The notes under the pieces were generated by a model. The model had not been told where the DNA came from. It made no database searches and saw only the letters and a program-made list of their open reading frames with translations. Positions 8,444-17,466 of a stretch of 64,000 bases of DNA are shown in pieces. The first letter of the stretch is position 1. Each line of letters starts with the position of its first letter. Origin of the DNA: an uncultured Acidobacteriota bacterium (GTDB taxonomy: Bacteria > Acidobacteriota > Vicinamibacteria > Vicinamibacterales > UBA2999); the NCBI GenBank assembly GCA_963827515.1, contig CAWHBF010000010.1, positions 5,295 through 69,294 of the forward strand, written 5' to 3'. A program made the position numbers and the translations under genes.

Positions 8444-10919
8444 GCTGCAACGGACGACCTCCCTCGAACCAGACACCATCGTTGGAACGGTCGCCGACGT
8501 CACGGATCGGGAGCAGTCCCACGAGCAGGTTCGACGCAGAGCCGAAGCCAATGCCAAGTTCCGAGCGATCTTCGATCAAGGAGCGCAGTTCGCAAGTCTC
8601 CTGACGATCGACGGTGTCGTCGTGGACGTTAACCGGCTGTCGGTCGAGGCATGTGGATACGACCGTGCGGAGATCGTCGGCCAGAGGTTCTGGGAATGCG
8701 GATGGTGGAACAGGTCGACCGAAGTCATGCGAACCGTGTGGACCGCGTGCGAAGGCGCAGCGCGTGGTGACCTCTTTCGCGCGGAAACCCCCTACTTCCT
8801 GGCCGACGGCACCAGTCGCCACATGGTCCTGACCATCGCACCCGTCACTGATGACGACGGTCGCATTCTGTTCCTCTCGCCCATCGGGACGGACATTACC
8901 GAGCGCAGAGCGGCGCAAGAGGCGCTGCAGGAGAGCGAGCAACGGTTTCGCCTGATGGCCAATGCCACTCCGGTACTGCTATGGGTCAGCGATCCGGACG
9001 GGCGATGCATGTGGTTCAACGCGTCCTGGCTCAACTTCGTCGGAAGGCCACTCGAGCTCGAGACCGGTGACGGCTGGACCGCGAACGTGCATCCTGAAGA
9101 CCTGGATCGCCGGCGCGCGACATATGCTGACGCGGCCAACGCCCGGCGTCCTTTCTCAGTCGAATATCGCCTTCGCCGCCATGACGGCGAGTACCGGTGG
9201 ATTCTGGACAACGGAACGCCACGATACGCTCCCGACGGCTCGTTCGTCGGCTATATCGGCTCGTGCCTCGACCTCACCGAGCGCTTATCCGCTGAACAGG
9301 CCCTTCGACAGAGCCAGGCTGAATCGGAGCGGCAGCGGCGAGTGTATGAAGCCATCCTCACCAACACGCCCGACCTTGCGTACGTCTTCGACCTCAAGCA
9401 CCGCTTCATATACGCCAACGAGGGCTTGCTGGCGATGTGGGGCCGGACCTTCGAGGAGGCGATCGGGAAGACCTGCCTCGAACTCGGCTACGAACCGTGG
9501 CACGCTGCCATGCACGACCGTGAAATCGATCAAGTCGTGGCCACGCGTCAGCCAGTCAGAGGCGAGGTGCCCTTTACTGGCACGTTCGGCCGACGGATCT
9601 ACGACTACATCTTCGTGCCCGTCCTCGGTGCGACTGGAGAGGTCGAGGCCATCGCGGGAACGACCCGCGATGTGACCGAGCGGAGGAACGCGGAAGTTGA
9701 GCGCGAGGCTTTGCTCGCAAGCGAGCGTGCCGCCAGAGCCGACGCAGAGCGAGCGAGCATCATCAAGGAAGAATTTCTCGCGATGCTCTCGCACGAGCTG
9801 AGGACGCCGCTCAACGCCATCGTCGGCTGGACGCAGATCCTTCGTCGCGAAACACCCACTCCACAGACGCTCGCGCAGGGCCTGTCCGTCATCGACCGCA
9901 ACGCCCGGATGCAGACACAGCTGATCGCCGACCTGTTGGACATGAGCCTCATCATGTCCGGCAAGATGCGCATCGAGCCGGAGCGCGTCGAGCTTCGGGT
10001 CGCGGTCGAATCCGCACTCGAGTCCGTTCGAGCCACCGCTGAGGCGAAAGAGATCACGATTGAGAGCGTCCTCTCGCCTATTGCCGCGATCGTGAACGGC
10101 GACTCGATGCGTCTCCAGCAGGTGGTCTGGAACCTGCTGTCCAACGCCATCAAGTTCACGCCTGTGGGCGGCCGCGTGCGTGTCACGCTCGCTCAGGTGG
10201 AATCGCACGTGGAGATTTCTGTCCGCGATACGGGTGCAGGTATTTCGGCGGAGTTTCTGCCTCATGTGTTCGAGCGCTTCCGTCAGGCCGAGACGTCCAC
10301 GGCGCGGGAACATCGCGGGCTGGGGCTCGGTCTGGCCATCGTGAAGCAACTCGTCGATGTTCATGGTGGCCGCGTCCAGGTGGAGAGCGATGGCGAAGGA
10401 AGAGGATCGACCTTCACGGTCCAGCTCCCCGTCGCCAAGCCACTGGAAGGGCGCGATGCGCTTGCCGAGCACTCGTCGGCGATCCAGGGCCCGCAAGTTC
10501 AGTACGAGGCGCCGAACCTCGGCGGAGTGACGGTGCTCGCGGTGGACGATGACCCCGACGCGCGCGACCTGATCGGGCGATTGCTCCGAGAGTGCGGCGC
10601 CCGCGTTCTGCTGGCTGGCTCGACGAACGAGGCCCTCTCCACCATGGAGCACGAGCGGCTGGACGTGATCGTGTCCGACATCGCGATGCCGGTTCGCGAT
10701 GGCTATGCCTTCATATCGACCGTGCGCCGAATGGGCATCAGAACTCCCGCCGTCGCCCTCTCGGCTTTCGCTCGCACCGAAGACCGCAGACGGTCGTTAC
10801 AGGCCGGTTTCCAGACGCACGTTTCAAAGCCGGTCGAACCTGCGGAACTCGTCGCGATCGTAGCCGCGCTCGCCCACAAGGCCATCGGACTCACACACGT
10901 CGGCCACGGCAGCGGCTAG
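8187..10919 (+). CDS. Hybrid sensor histidine kinase (multiple PAS/PAC, HisKA, HATPase_c, C-terminal REC)
   Basis: 910-aa ORF with PAS/PAC repeats (WVWHFREDRIVWD, RHDGEYRWILDNG), the H-box [21 protein letters not shown] boxes (LLSNAIKFTP, DTGAGI, GLGLGLAIV) and a receiver (VLAVDDDPDARDL...DVIVSDIAMPVRDGY..KP). It is joined to 7718-8167 if one T of TT at 8166-8167 is removed. Confidence 0.9.
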   Translation: MGIWVWHFREDRIVWDQQRTPEIFKLPWTSMPASLSRVKTDVLHPDDRPALDAALSATLETDVDLNFIGRFQRADGAVRWLELTGRLQRTTSLEPDTIVGTVADVTDREQSHEQVRRRAEANAKFRAIFDQGAQFASLLTIDGVVVDVNRLSVEACGYDRAEIVGQRFWECGWWNRSTEVMRTVWTACEGAARGDLFRAETPYFLADGTSRHMVLTIAPVTDDDGRILFLSPIGTDITERRAAQEALQESEQRFRLMANATPVLLWVSDPDGRCMWFNASWLNFVGRPLELETGDGWTANVHPEDLDRRRATYADAANARRPFSVEYRLRRHDGEYRWILDNGTPRYAPDGSFVGYIGSCLDLTERLSAEQALRQSQAESERQRRVYEAILTNTPDLAYVFDLKHRFIYANEGLLAMWGRTFEEAIGKTCLELGYEPWHAAMHDREIDQVVATRQPVRGEVPFTGTFGRRIYDYIFVPVLGATGEVEAIAGTTRDVTERRNAEVEREALLASERAARADAERASIIKEEFLAMLSHELRTPLNAIVGWTQILRRETPTPQTLAQGLSVIDRNARMQTQLIADLLDMSLIMSGKMRIEPERVELRVAVESALESVRATAEAKEITIESVLSPIAAIVNGDSMRLQQVVWNLLSNAIKFTPVGGRVRVTLAQVESHVEISVRDTGAGISAEFLPHVFERFRQAETSTAREHRGLGLGLAIVKQLVDVHGGRVQVESDGEGRGSTFTVQLPVAKPLEGRDALAEHSSAIQGPQVQYEAPNLGGVTVLAVDDDPDARDLIGRLLRECGARVLLAGSTNEALSTMEHERLDVIVSDIAMPVRDGYAFISTVRRMGIRTPAVALSAFARTEDRRRSLQAGFQTHVSKPVEPAELVAIVAALAHKAIGLTHVGHGSG

Positions 10920-11023
10920 AGCGTTTTTCGATTCGCCGTAGAGCGCACGCTTCAGCGGTCGCGCGTGCACTACGCGGCACGGCTGAAAGCCTCCGCTCTA
11001 CGGCGAAACGCAAACAGCTCTAA
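10916..11023. repeat. Palindromic intergenic repeat, copy B
   Basis: Starts at the kinase stop codon (CTAGAGCGTTT). Perfect 14-bp arms TTCGCCGTAGAGCG (10932-10945) and CGCTCTACGGCGAA (10994-11007). The internal sequence is GCACGCTTCAGCG...AGCCTCCGC, as in copy A. Confidence 0.7.
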
Positions 11024-11118
11024 AGGAGCTGCCGGGCCGTCCGCTCGTCACATTCAATGGCACGGACCGTGCGTCAGCACCAGTGTGCTGCCTAGAACCT
11101 GCAGCCAGAGGAGGCCGG

Positions 11119-11349
11119 ATGCGAGCAATGGTGATGTTTGGAATCGTTCTGTTCATCGCGGGTCTGGCTGTTCTCGTATGGCCCGCTTTCACATACACGA
11201 CTACCGAGGAAGTTTTGGACATCGGACCAGTGGAGGTCACGACCGAAGATCGGGAACGAGTCGAGCTTCCTCCAATGCTTGGTCTTGGGGCTGCCGCAGC
11301 CGGAATCACGATGATCGTCCTCGGCAGTCGAAAAGCTAGAACTGCCTAA
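11119..11349 (+). CDS. Small two-TM membrane protein (DUF3185-like)
   Basis: GGAGG at 11110-11114 then ATG 11119. MRAMVMFGIVLFIAGLAVLVWPAFTYTTTEEVLDIGPVEVTT...LGLGAAAAGITMIVLGSRKA has two hydrophobic helices flanking a short loop. Confidence 0.6.
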   Translation: MRAMVMFGIVLFIAGLAVLVWPAFTYTTTEEVLDIGPVEVTTEDRERVELPPMLGLGAAAAGITMIVLGSRKARTA

Positions 11350-11445
11350 GACGTAATCGGCGGAGGCGTCAGCCACGGCGGCAGGCGGCCTCCGCTCCCC
11401 CTTCGTAAGCTCCAATACCCAAGCTATCGGGGCGCTCGTCGACAG

Positions 11446-11913
11446 TCAGCGAGCCGACTGTCGAGCAGAGCCATTGGGGCCTGGCTCAGCTGACACCGCG
11501 CGTACGAGTTCGCCGACGGTGCCTGTTGCCGAGTAGCGAGCAATGTCAGCTTGCGCAATGATGCCAGCGCAGGCGCCGTTGTCATCGATCACCGGCACTC
11601 GCCGAATTCGGTGATCCTCCATCACCGACACCACCTGCTCGACAGGGCTGTCCACACCAACCGACACGACCGGCTGTGTCATGCACGACGCCGCCGTGTG
11701 GGCCATCGGATTTTTCCCATCGGCAACGACCCGGCACACGATGTCCCGATCGGTGATCACGCCGACCACCCTCTCAGATCGGTCGACAACCGGTATCTCC
11801 CCGCAATCGTGCACCAACATCAATCGAGCCACTTCATCGAGCGTCGTGTCCGGTCGGCAGCACGCCGGGTCCGACGTCATCAGCTCTCGAGCGCGCATGT
11901 TCGCCATAGCCAT
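11446..11913 (-). CDS. CBS-pair domain protein
   Basis: ELMTSDPACCRPDTTLDEVARLMLVHDCGEIPVVD..VVGVITDRDIV and CMTQPVVSVGVDSPVEQVVSVMEDHRIRRVPVID..GIIAQADI form two CBS motifs. AAGGAG abuts the first ATG, so the true start may be the second ATG at 11907. Confidence 0.85.
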   Translation of the reverse strand: MAMANMRARELMTSDPACCRPDTTLDEVARLMLVHDCGEIPVVDRSERVVGVITDRDIVCRVVADGKNPMAHTAASCMTQPVVSVGVDSPVEQVVSVMEDHRIRRVPVIDDNGACAGIIAQADIARYSATGTVGELVRAVSAEPGPNGSARQSAR

Positions 11914-11940
11914 CTCCTTCCACGTCTTTACATTGAGCCG

Positions 11941-12528
11941 CTATCGAAGTGCGGCCTTCTTCGATGAGGAAGGCCTTTCGATTTCGACCTCCTCGTCGGT
12001 CTCGTCCGTGTCCTCGTCGTCTGGTGCGTCCACTCCGTCGGCCGCTTCCTGATTGATCCCGCCTTCAGCGATGGCGGACAGCCTCTCCTCGGAGGCTCTT
12101 TCTTCTCGGAGTGTGTCCCGCAGCAAATCAGCTGCCTCGACATGGCCCATCGCGCGCGCCCACGCGATGAGGGTGTTGTATGCCGCGATTTCGTAGTGTT
12201 CTGCACGCTGGCCGGCCGCGATCAGGATCGCGTCCATCGTGGCCTCATCGAAGTCCTCGTTCAGATTCGCCTTGCCCTCCTCGATGATCCCGGCCATGCC
12301 CTCGCAGCGCTTTCCCTGCACTGCTTCGTCCATGCTCTCGAGGATCGCCTCCAGGCGTTCGAGGTGACCGCGAGTCTCCTCGAGGTGCTCCTCGAAGGCG
12401 GTTCGCAAATCGGCAGACCGGGCGGCGCCGGCAAGCGTCGACAGCGCCCTCGTCAACTGTTGTTCGGCGTCGTAGGTGTCGCGCAGTTCGTTGATGAAGG
12501 CGTCATGCAGCGTTCCGGCCTCGGCCAT
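11941..12528 (-). CDS. DUF892 (YciE/YciF-like) ferritin-like stress protein with an acidic tail
   Basis: LHDAFINELRDTYDAEQQLTRAL..AFEEHLEETRGHLERLE..AAGQRAEHYEIAAYNTLIAWA matches the DUF892 four-helix-bundle pattern. GAGGAGAGG RBS. Confidence 0.85.
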   Translation of the reverse strand: MAEAGTLHDAFINELRDTYDAEQQLTRALSTLAGAARSADLRTAFEEHLEETRGHLERLEAILESMDEAVQGKRCEGMAGIIEEGKANLNEDFDEATMDAILIAAGQRAEHYEIAAYNTLIAWARAMGHVEAADLLRDTLREERASEERLSAIAEGGINQEAADGVDAPDDEDTDETDEEVEIERPSSSKKAALR

Positions 12529-12910
12529 GATCCTCTCCTCTGCAGTCTGGGTGGTCGCACGAGTTTGCGTACGTCGCTCGGCGTGGTTGTGCGGTCGCTG
12601 ACGGCGTAACCGCTGACTGGGTGAATACGTGCCGATGGATCAACATCACACGTGAAAGGTTGAACTCTTCGCTGGCGGTGCAAGAATGTCGCCGGACGAG
12701 AGCGGTCCGGAAGCACGGGCCTGGACATTCATTCCTGCAGCCCTCGTAGATCGCCTCCACTCTCGCGGTAGGAGTTACACGTCGGAACGGTCAAGGTAAC
12801 CGGTACTTGCGCCAGGATATAGAGATCCGGATGCCATCACTGCTGCGGCGGCATGGCATAGCAGGTGCACCGTTGCATACAGACCCCCAGATGCACGGAG
12901 GCAACGAATC

Positions 12911-13150
12911 ATGAATTCAGACACTCTTTCGGGACAGTGGAAGCAGCTCAAAGGTTCTGCGAAAGTCAGGTGGGCGAAGCTGACCGACGACGATCTGATG
13001 GGCGCCGAAGGAAACTACGACAAGCTCGTGGGCTCTATTCAGGAACGCTACGGCTACGCACGCGAGCGGGCCGAGGACGAGGTGAACACCTGGTTGGACT
13101 CGGTGCCCTCCGAGCCGGCTCGGCGGTCGAGTCAGACCCTAGGGCGCTGA
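12911..13150 (+). CDS. CsbD-family general stress protein
   Basis: LSGQWKQLKGSAKVRWAKLTDDDLMGAEGNYDKLVGSIQERYGYARERAEDEV is the CsbD signature. GGAGG lies 10 nt upstream. Confidence 0.9.
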   Translation: MNSDTLSGQWKQLKGSAKVRWAKLTDDDLMGAEGNYDKLVGSIQERYGYARERAEDEVNTWLDSVPSEPARRSSQTLGR

Positions 13151-13239
13151 CGGTCTCTCGCAGGGAGGTGCGGGCGGTCGCACTGGCGGCCGGCCGCACC
13201 TCGCCTGTCTGTGCACGATTTCCTGCCCTAGCTGGACTT

Positions 13240-13491
13240 CTATCGAGCCCCTCGTCGCGTACCCTGTTTGCGTGGCGACGGGAGCGACTTAGGAGAGCGC
13301 TTCCGCTTCTGCACTTTCTCCCCGGTGGGCTCGTCGACGATGTTGTGGTCCCCCCTCGCCATGGGTATCTCAGGCGACCGACCTTCGCCAGTCGGGATCT
13401 CCGGACCCCTCACCTGCCTTTCGGGCAGATTGTCCTTGCGATACTGCGCGTCCTCCTTGAGGCCAATTTCGAGCTTGTCTTTCAACGTCAT
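13240..13491 (-). CDS. Hypothetical small basic protein
   Basis: Internal ATG 13491 preceded by GGAGGG. MTLKDKLEIGLKEDAQYRKDNLPERQVRGPEIPTGEGRSPEIP... I recognise no family. Confidence 0.45.
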   Translation of the reverse strand: MTLKDKLEIGLKEDAQYRKDNLPERQVRGPEIPTGEGRSPEIPMARGDHNIVDEPTGEKVQKRKRSPKSLPSPRKQGTRRGAR

Positions 13492-13533
13492 ACGTACGTA
13501 CCCTCCGACCAACATCGTGAAGTTGCACGGCCC

Positions 13534-14034
13534 ATGCCCTTCGAACGCTCACCACCCTGGTTGGACGAGCTGCGTCAGGGTCGGCTCGTGCCTTGCACTG
13601 CGAAACCATCGGTGACAACACCCAAGGCGGAGGCAATCGAGCCACAGGCGCCGACCAGGACGGCCACACGGGTACTTCTGGTGGACGACCATGTCGACAC
13701 CCGGGAGATGTATGCCATTCTCCTCCGCGACCGTGGATATCTCGTCTATGAGGCAGCCGACGGCCCGAGTGCGCTGACAACCTTGCGGGGTATCCAGCTG
13801 GACGCAGCGATCGTTGATATCAGCCTGCCAGGGATGGACGGCTACGAACTAGCTCGGCAGATCCGCGCAGACGTCACCCAGTCCAGAGTTGCGCTCATTG
13901 CGGTCACCGGGCATGGCCTCCCCGAGCACCTTGCCCTTTCCCGCCTAGTGGGCTTCGACGCGCACCTCGTCAAGCCTGTGTCGCCGAACGACCTTTTCAA
14001 GACACTGGATACCCTGGCGCCGGGCGCGGACTGA
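13534..14034 (+). CDS. Single-domain response regulator (REC) with an N-terminal extension
   Basis: ATG 13534 within ORF 12865..14034. RVLLVDDHVDTREMYAILLRDRGYLVYEAADGPSAL...AAIVDISLPGMDGYELARQIR...IAVTGHG...FDAHLVKP carries the conserved D, D, T and K positions. Confidence 0.85.
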   Translation: MPFERSPPWLDELRQGRLVPCTAKPSVTTPKAEAIEPQAPTRTATRVLLVDDHVDTREMYAILLRDRGYLVYEAADGPSALTTLRGIQLDAAIVDISLPGMDGYELARQIRADVTQSRVALIAVTGHGLPEHLALSRLVGFDAHLVKPVSPNDLFKTLDTLAPGAD

Positions 14035-14278
14035 GCGAAACCGGTCCGCTAACCGGTCAAGGGCAGCCTGAACACCCGCCTTTCGCGTTCTGTATGTTCT
14101 ACAGCGCGCGTGGTAATTCCTACTGCCATTGGGGGTTGGCTCGCCTCTCTCGTGCTCGAACCCCACCGTTCGAAGGGGGTGCCCGTCTGTGCGAGGGCAT
14201 CAGACTTGCTGATAAGGTCGGTAGTGAACGCGCTGCTGCCTATGCCCAACGCCGCCCCAGCCAAGGAGAGGATCCCCC

Positions 14279-14953
14279 GTGCTCGACACACTTGCGACCC
14301 CGCACGGCTATCCGGGACGACTCATCGTCGTCGAAGGGATTGATGGGTCCGGCAAGACCACACAGCTCCGGTTGCTCGCCAAGTGGCTTGCCGCAATGGG
14401 CCATCGAGTCTCCGTCACGGAGTGGAACTCCTCAGCACTTGTCAGAACTGCAGTCCGAACCGGGAAGAGGAAGAACGTCCTCACCCCTACGACGTTCAGC
14501 CTGCTGCACGCCACCGATTTCGCTGATCGCCAGCTCTACAAAATCATCCCGCCTCTCAAGGCGGGAATGAATGTGCTTGCCGATCGTTACGCCTACACGG
14601 CGTTCGCACGTGATGTGGCGCGCGGCGTCAATCGTCAATGGGTACGCGACTTGTACAGCTTCGCCGTCCGTCCGGATCTTGTTGTCTACTTCCGCGTGTC
14701 GGTCGAGGTCGCGCTCGAGCGACTGATTGCCAGGCGGGTGAAGCTCAAGTTCTATGAGGCGGGAATGGACATGGGCTGGAGCCAGCACGCGCCGGAGAGC
14801 TTTCAACTCTTTCAAACGAAAGTCCTCGACGAGTATCAGCAGATCGTGGCCGAGCACGATCTGCATGTCATCGAAGCCAACGAGGGCATTACCGCCCAGC
14901 AGCAGACATTTCGGGGACTTGTGTCGCAGCACCTGGAGCGGGCCGAACAATGA
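14279..14953 (+). CDS. Thymidylate-kinase-like P-loop kinase 1 (canonical Walker A)
   Basis: GTG 14279 with AAGGAGAGG upstream. RLIVVEGIDGSGKTTQ, DFADRQ and LADRYAYTAFA (Tmk DRY-type motif). Confidence 0.8.
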   Translation: MLDTLATPHGYPGRLIVVEGIDGSGKTTQLRLLAKWLAAMGHRVSVTEWNSSALVRTAVRTGKRKNVLTPTTFSLLHATDFADRQLYKIIPPLKAGMNVLADRYAYTAFARDVARGVNRQWVRDLYSFAVRPDLVVYFRVSVEVALERLIARRVKLKFYEAGMDMGWSQHAPESFQLFQTKVLDEYQQIVAEHDLHVIEANEGITAQQQTFRGLVSQHLERAEQ

Positions 14954-15708
14954 CGAGCCCCGCCCGAGGCGCACGCGGCGGCGTAGGTCCCGGCCACTAC
15001 TACGGTCACGGGCTGGCGGCTCCTGAATCCCACAATGGTCCTGGGCGGATCATCGCGATCGAGGGAACGGACGGTGTCGGTCGTTCGACGCAAGTGCGGC
15101 TCCTCCGTGAGTGGCTCGAGGTTCGCGGGTACGGCGTCGTCGAAACCGGACTGACGCACTCACGTCTGATGGAACTGTCCATCCAGATCGCGAAGTCAAG
15201 CAACACGCTCAATCCATTGACGTTCGTGCTGCTCTACGCGTGTGATTTCGCCGACCGGATGGAAAAGGAGATCCTCCCGGCTCTGTCAGCGGGCTTCATC
15301 GTGATTGCGGACCGTTACATCTACACTGCGATTGCCCGCGCCTGCGTCCGCGGCGTCGACAGCCAGTGGCTGCGCCGCCTCTATGGATTCGCGCTGGCCC
15401 CACATCTGGTCTTTTATCTGAAGATCGACGCCGACACGCTGGTGAGACGAGTGCTCGACAACGGCGGTATCTCGTACTGGGAATCCGGCATGGACATGAA
15501 ATTTGGCGACGATATCTTTGATAACTTCTGCACGTATCAACGGCGTCTGCTGAGAACGTACTCCGCCATGTCCAAGGAGTTCGATTTTCGAGTCATCGAC
15601 GGGCGTAGGCCCATCGACACGATTCAAGCTGAGTTGCAACGCCAAGTGGGAACCTTTCTCGATGCGCAACCGTCAACAATGGACCCGGAGCTCCGATCAT
15701 GCGGATAA
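14950..15708 (+). CDS. Thymidylate-kinase-like P-loop protein 2 (Walker A Lys replaced by Arg)
   Basis: The ATG overlaps the upstream stop (ATGA at 14950-14953). RIIAIEGTDGVGRSTQ, CDFADRMEKE and IADRYIYTAIA show it is a paralog of the preceding gene. Confidence 0.75.
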   Translation: MTSPARGARGGVGPGHYYGHGLAAPESHNGPGRIIAIEGTDGVGRSTQVRLLREWLEVRGYGVVETGLTHSRLMELSIQIAKSSNTLNPLTFVLLYACDFADRMEKEILPALSAGFIVIADRYIYTAIARACVRGVDSQWLRRLYGFALAPHLVFYLKIDADTLVRRVLDNGGISYWESGMDMKFGDDIFDNFCTYQRRLLRTYSAMSKEFDFRVIDGRRPIDTIQAELQRQVGTFLDAQPSTMDPELRSCG

Positions 15709-16613
15709 CACGACCCGCGTTCTCGTTACTCTGCGCGCTGGTCATCCTCTCGCCGACGCGGCCACCGACAGCGACGGGGCTCTCCGAGCTCTGGATTGAG
15801 CCCGAACGGTCCCGTGACCTCTACGATGGGGTGGGGGGGCCTCAACTCGCCCCGAGCCCGCTGGCGATGTACAAAGTCCTCGAAGTGAAGAAGGGCGGAT
15901 TCAGCGACGGCTACACGGTGGCCGACCCGAAAGGACGAGAGTGGAGCGCGAAGCTCTATCCCGAGGCCCGCACCGAGGTGGTGGCTTCGAGAATTCTGTG
16001 GGCGCTCGGCTATCACCAGCCTCCTGTGTACACGCTCGAACGGTGGTCCGCAGATGGCGCTCAGGGTCCGAATCCGCAGCCCGTCGCACGCTTTCGAGAG
16101 GAAGAACCCGAGTTCTACGGACTGAAAGAGTCGGGTCCGTGGTCGTATTCCGACAACCCATTCGTCGGTACGAAGCCGCTGGCGGGCCTCCTGGTGCTTC
16201 AGGTGATGCTGGGGAATTCTGACCTCAAGGCCGACAACAACATGCTCTACACTCTGTCCCGACCGGTCGAAGGAGCCGAAACATGGTACGTGGCTCGGGA
16301 CCTCGGACACACATTCGGCCGGACGGGCGTCGTCAACGCGCCGCGCGACGATGTGGACGTGTTCGACAGGACGCCCTTCATCACGGGAGTCGAGAACGGT
16401 GTGGTGACGTTCGACTATCGCGGGTTGCACGCTCAGCTGTTCAAGAACCTGACCGTTGGGGACGTCGAATGGATCTGCAGCCGACTGTCGAAGCTCAGCG
16501 ACGAGCAGTGGGCCGACGCATTCCGCGCGGGTGGTTATGCCGAGCCGACGGCCCAACGGTATATTCGTCGTCTGAAGCAAAAGATCGCCGAGGGATTGGC
16601 GCTAGTGAGGTGA
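15699..16613 (+). CDS. Exported protein with eukaryotic-like protein kinase motifs
   Basis: Overlaps the upstream gene by 10 nt. Signal peptide MRITRPAFSLLCALVILSP. Motifs occur in kinase order: KKGGFSDG (Gly-rich loop), EWSAKL (beta3 Lys), EARTEVVASRIL (alphaC Glu), LGNSDLKADNNM (D-L-K-x-x-N catalytic loop), ARDLGHTFG (DFG-like). Confidence 0.6.
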   Translation: MRITRPAFSLLCALVILSPTRPPTATGLSELWIEPERSRDLYDGVGGPQLAPSPLAMYKVLEVKKGGFSDGYTVADPKGREWSAKLYPEARTEVVASRILWALGYHQPPVYTLERWSADGAQGPNPQPVARFREEEPEFYGLKESGPWSYSDNPFVGTKPLAGLLVLQVMLGNSDLKADNNMLYTLSRPVEGAETWYVARDLGHTFGRTGVVNAPRDDVDVFDRTPFITGVENGVVTFDYRGLHAQLFKNLTVGDVEWICSRLSKLSDEQWADAFRAGGYAEPTAQRYIRRLKQKIAEGLALVR

Positions 16614-17447
16614 CATTGCCGTGTACGGTCTGGTTGTCGAGGCGGGGCCTCGCGTTTACCCTCGCGTCAGTGGTGTGTATGACGCTGGTCCCAATTCTGT
16701 CTGTCTCTCGACTCGCGGCGGCCCAGCAACAGCCGGCGCCGCCGCAGACGGCCGCGCCGCAGGAGACACCGGAGTCGCAAGGGCCATTTGACGACATAGA
16801 AGGGCCCGCCCCAGCGTGGACGGAGATGATCTATCAGGGAATGATTGGCCTCCCGCTCTCCGGCACACTCGGCGCCCTGCTGGCGTTCAGACCCAAGCGA
16901 AGGGGCACACCGAAAAGGACGCCGGCGGTGGTGCAGACGCAGATCATTCTCACGATCGTCGGGACGCTCATCATGCTGGTGGTCGGTTCGAGTGTGGCCC
17001 GCGCCTTCGGAATCGTGGGTGCCGCCAGCCTCATTCGCTATCGGTCGAAGGTCGATGACCCCAAAGACGCGGGGGTAATGTTGTGCTGCCTCGCCGTGGG
17101 GTTGGCCTCGGGAGTCGGTCTCTACGGCTTGGCCGTCTTTGCGACGGTGTTTCTCGTAGGGGCACTCGCCCTCATCGAATCGTTCGAACCGAAGCGCGTC
17201 TCGAGTTTCGAGCTCCGGCTCTCCGGTATCAACAAGGCCGGGGACCTGCGACCGCACCTGGAGCAGGTACCTGACGCGCTACCACATCGAACACTCGCTC
17301 CGCACACAAGCGGATGACGCGCTCTCGTACGACGTCAAGGTGCCGTTCGAGGTCGAGACGGACCGTGTGACAAACGCGGTCCTCAAGCTCGATACTACAG
17401 ACGGCACGACCGTGGAATGGACCGAGAAGAAGGTCAAGACGCCATGA
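16610..17447 (+). pseudogene. DUF4956 membrane protein with a soluble C-terminal domain; frame interrupted at about 17267-17271
   Basis: GTG 16610 overlaps the upstream stop (GTGA). VVQTQIILTIVGTLIMLVVGSSVARAFGIVGAASLIRYRSKVDDPKDAGVMLCCLAVGLASGVGLYGL matches the DUF4956 core (IRYR-type motif). ORF 16283..17317 ends in nonsense, while the +1 frame reads LTRYHIEHSLRTQADDALSYDVKVPFEVETDRVTNAVLKLDTTDGTTVEWTEKKVKTP and stops at 17445-17447. Removing one C from CC restores EQVLTRYH. Confidence 0.65.
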
Positions 17448-17466
17448 TACGAAATCGAGACGTTCA

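Noticed and set aside
9285-10652. 455-aa antisense ORF inside the PAS hybrid kinase, and similar antisense ORFs at 17464..18384 and 61522..62622
   Set aside because: The sense-strand genes (kinase, PLD, DAACS symporter) carry diagnostic motifs. The antisense translations are low-complexity.
12865-13533. Long N-terminal extension of the response-regulator ORF (12865..14034)
   Set aside because: It overlaps the well-supported CsbD gene in another frame and the minus-strand gene at 13240-13491. Receiver homology begins only after ATG 13534.
14049-14291. 80-aa minus-strand ORF between the response regulator and the Tmk-like operon
   Set aside because: It has a signal-like start, but the second half uses codons atypical for this GC-rich genome (GTA GGA ATT, GTA GAA CAT ACA). 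It has no RBS, no recognisable family, and overlaps the Tmk-like start and its RBS.
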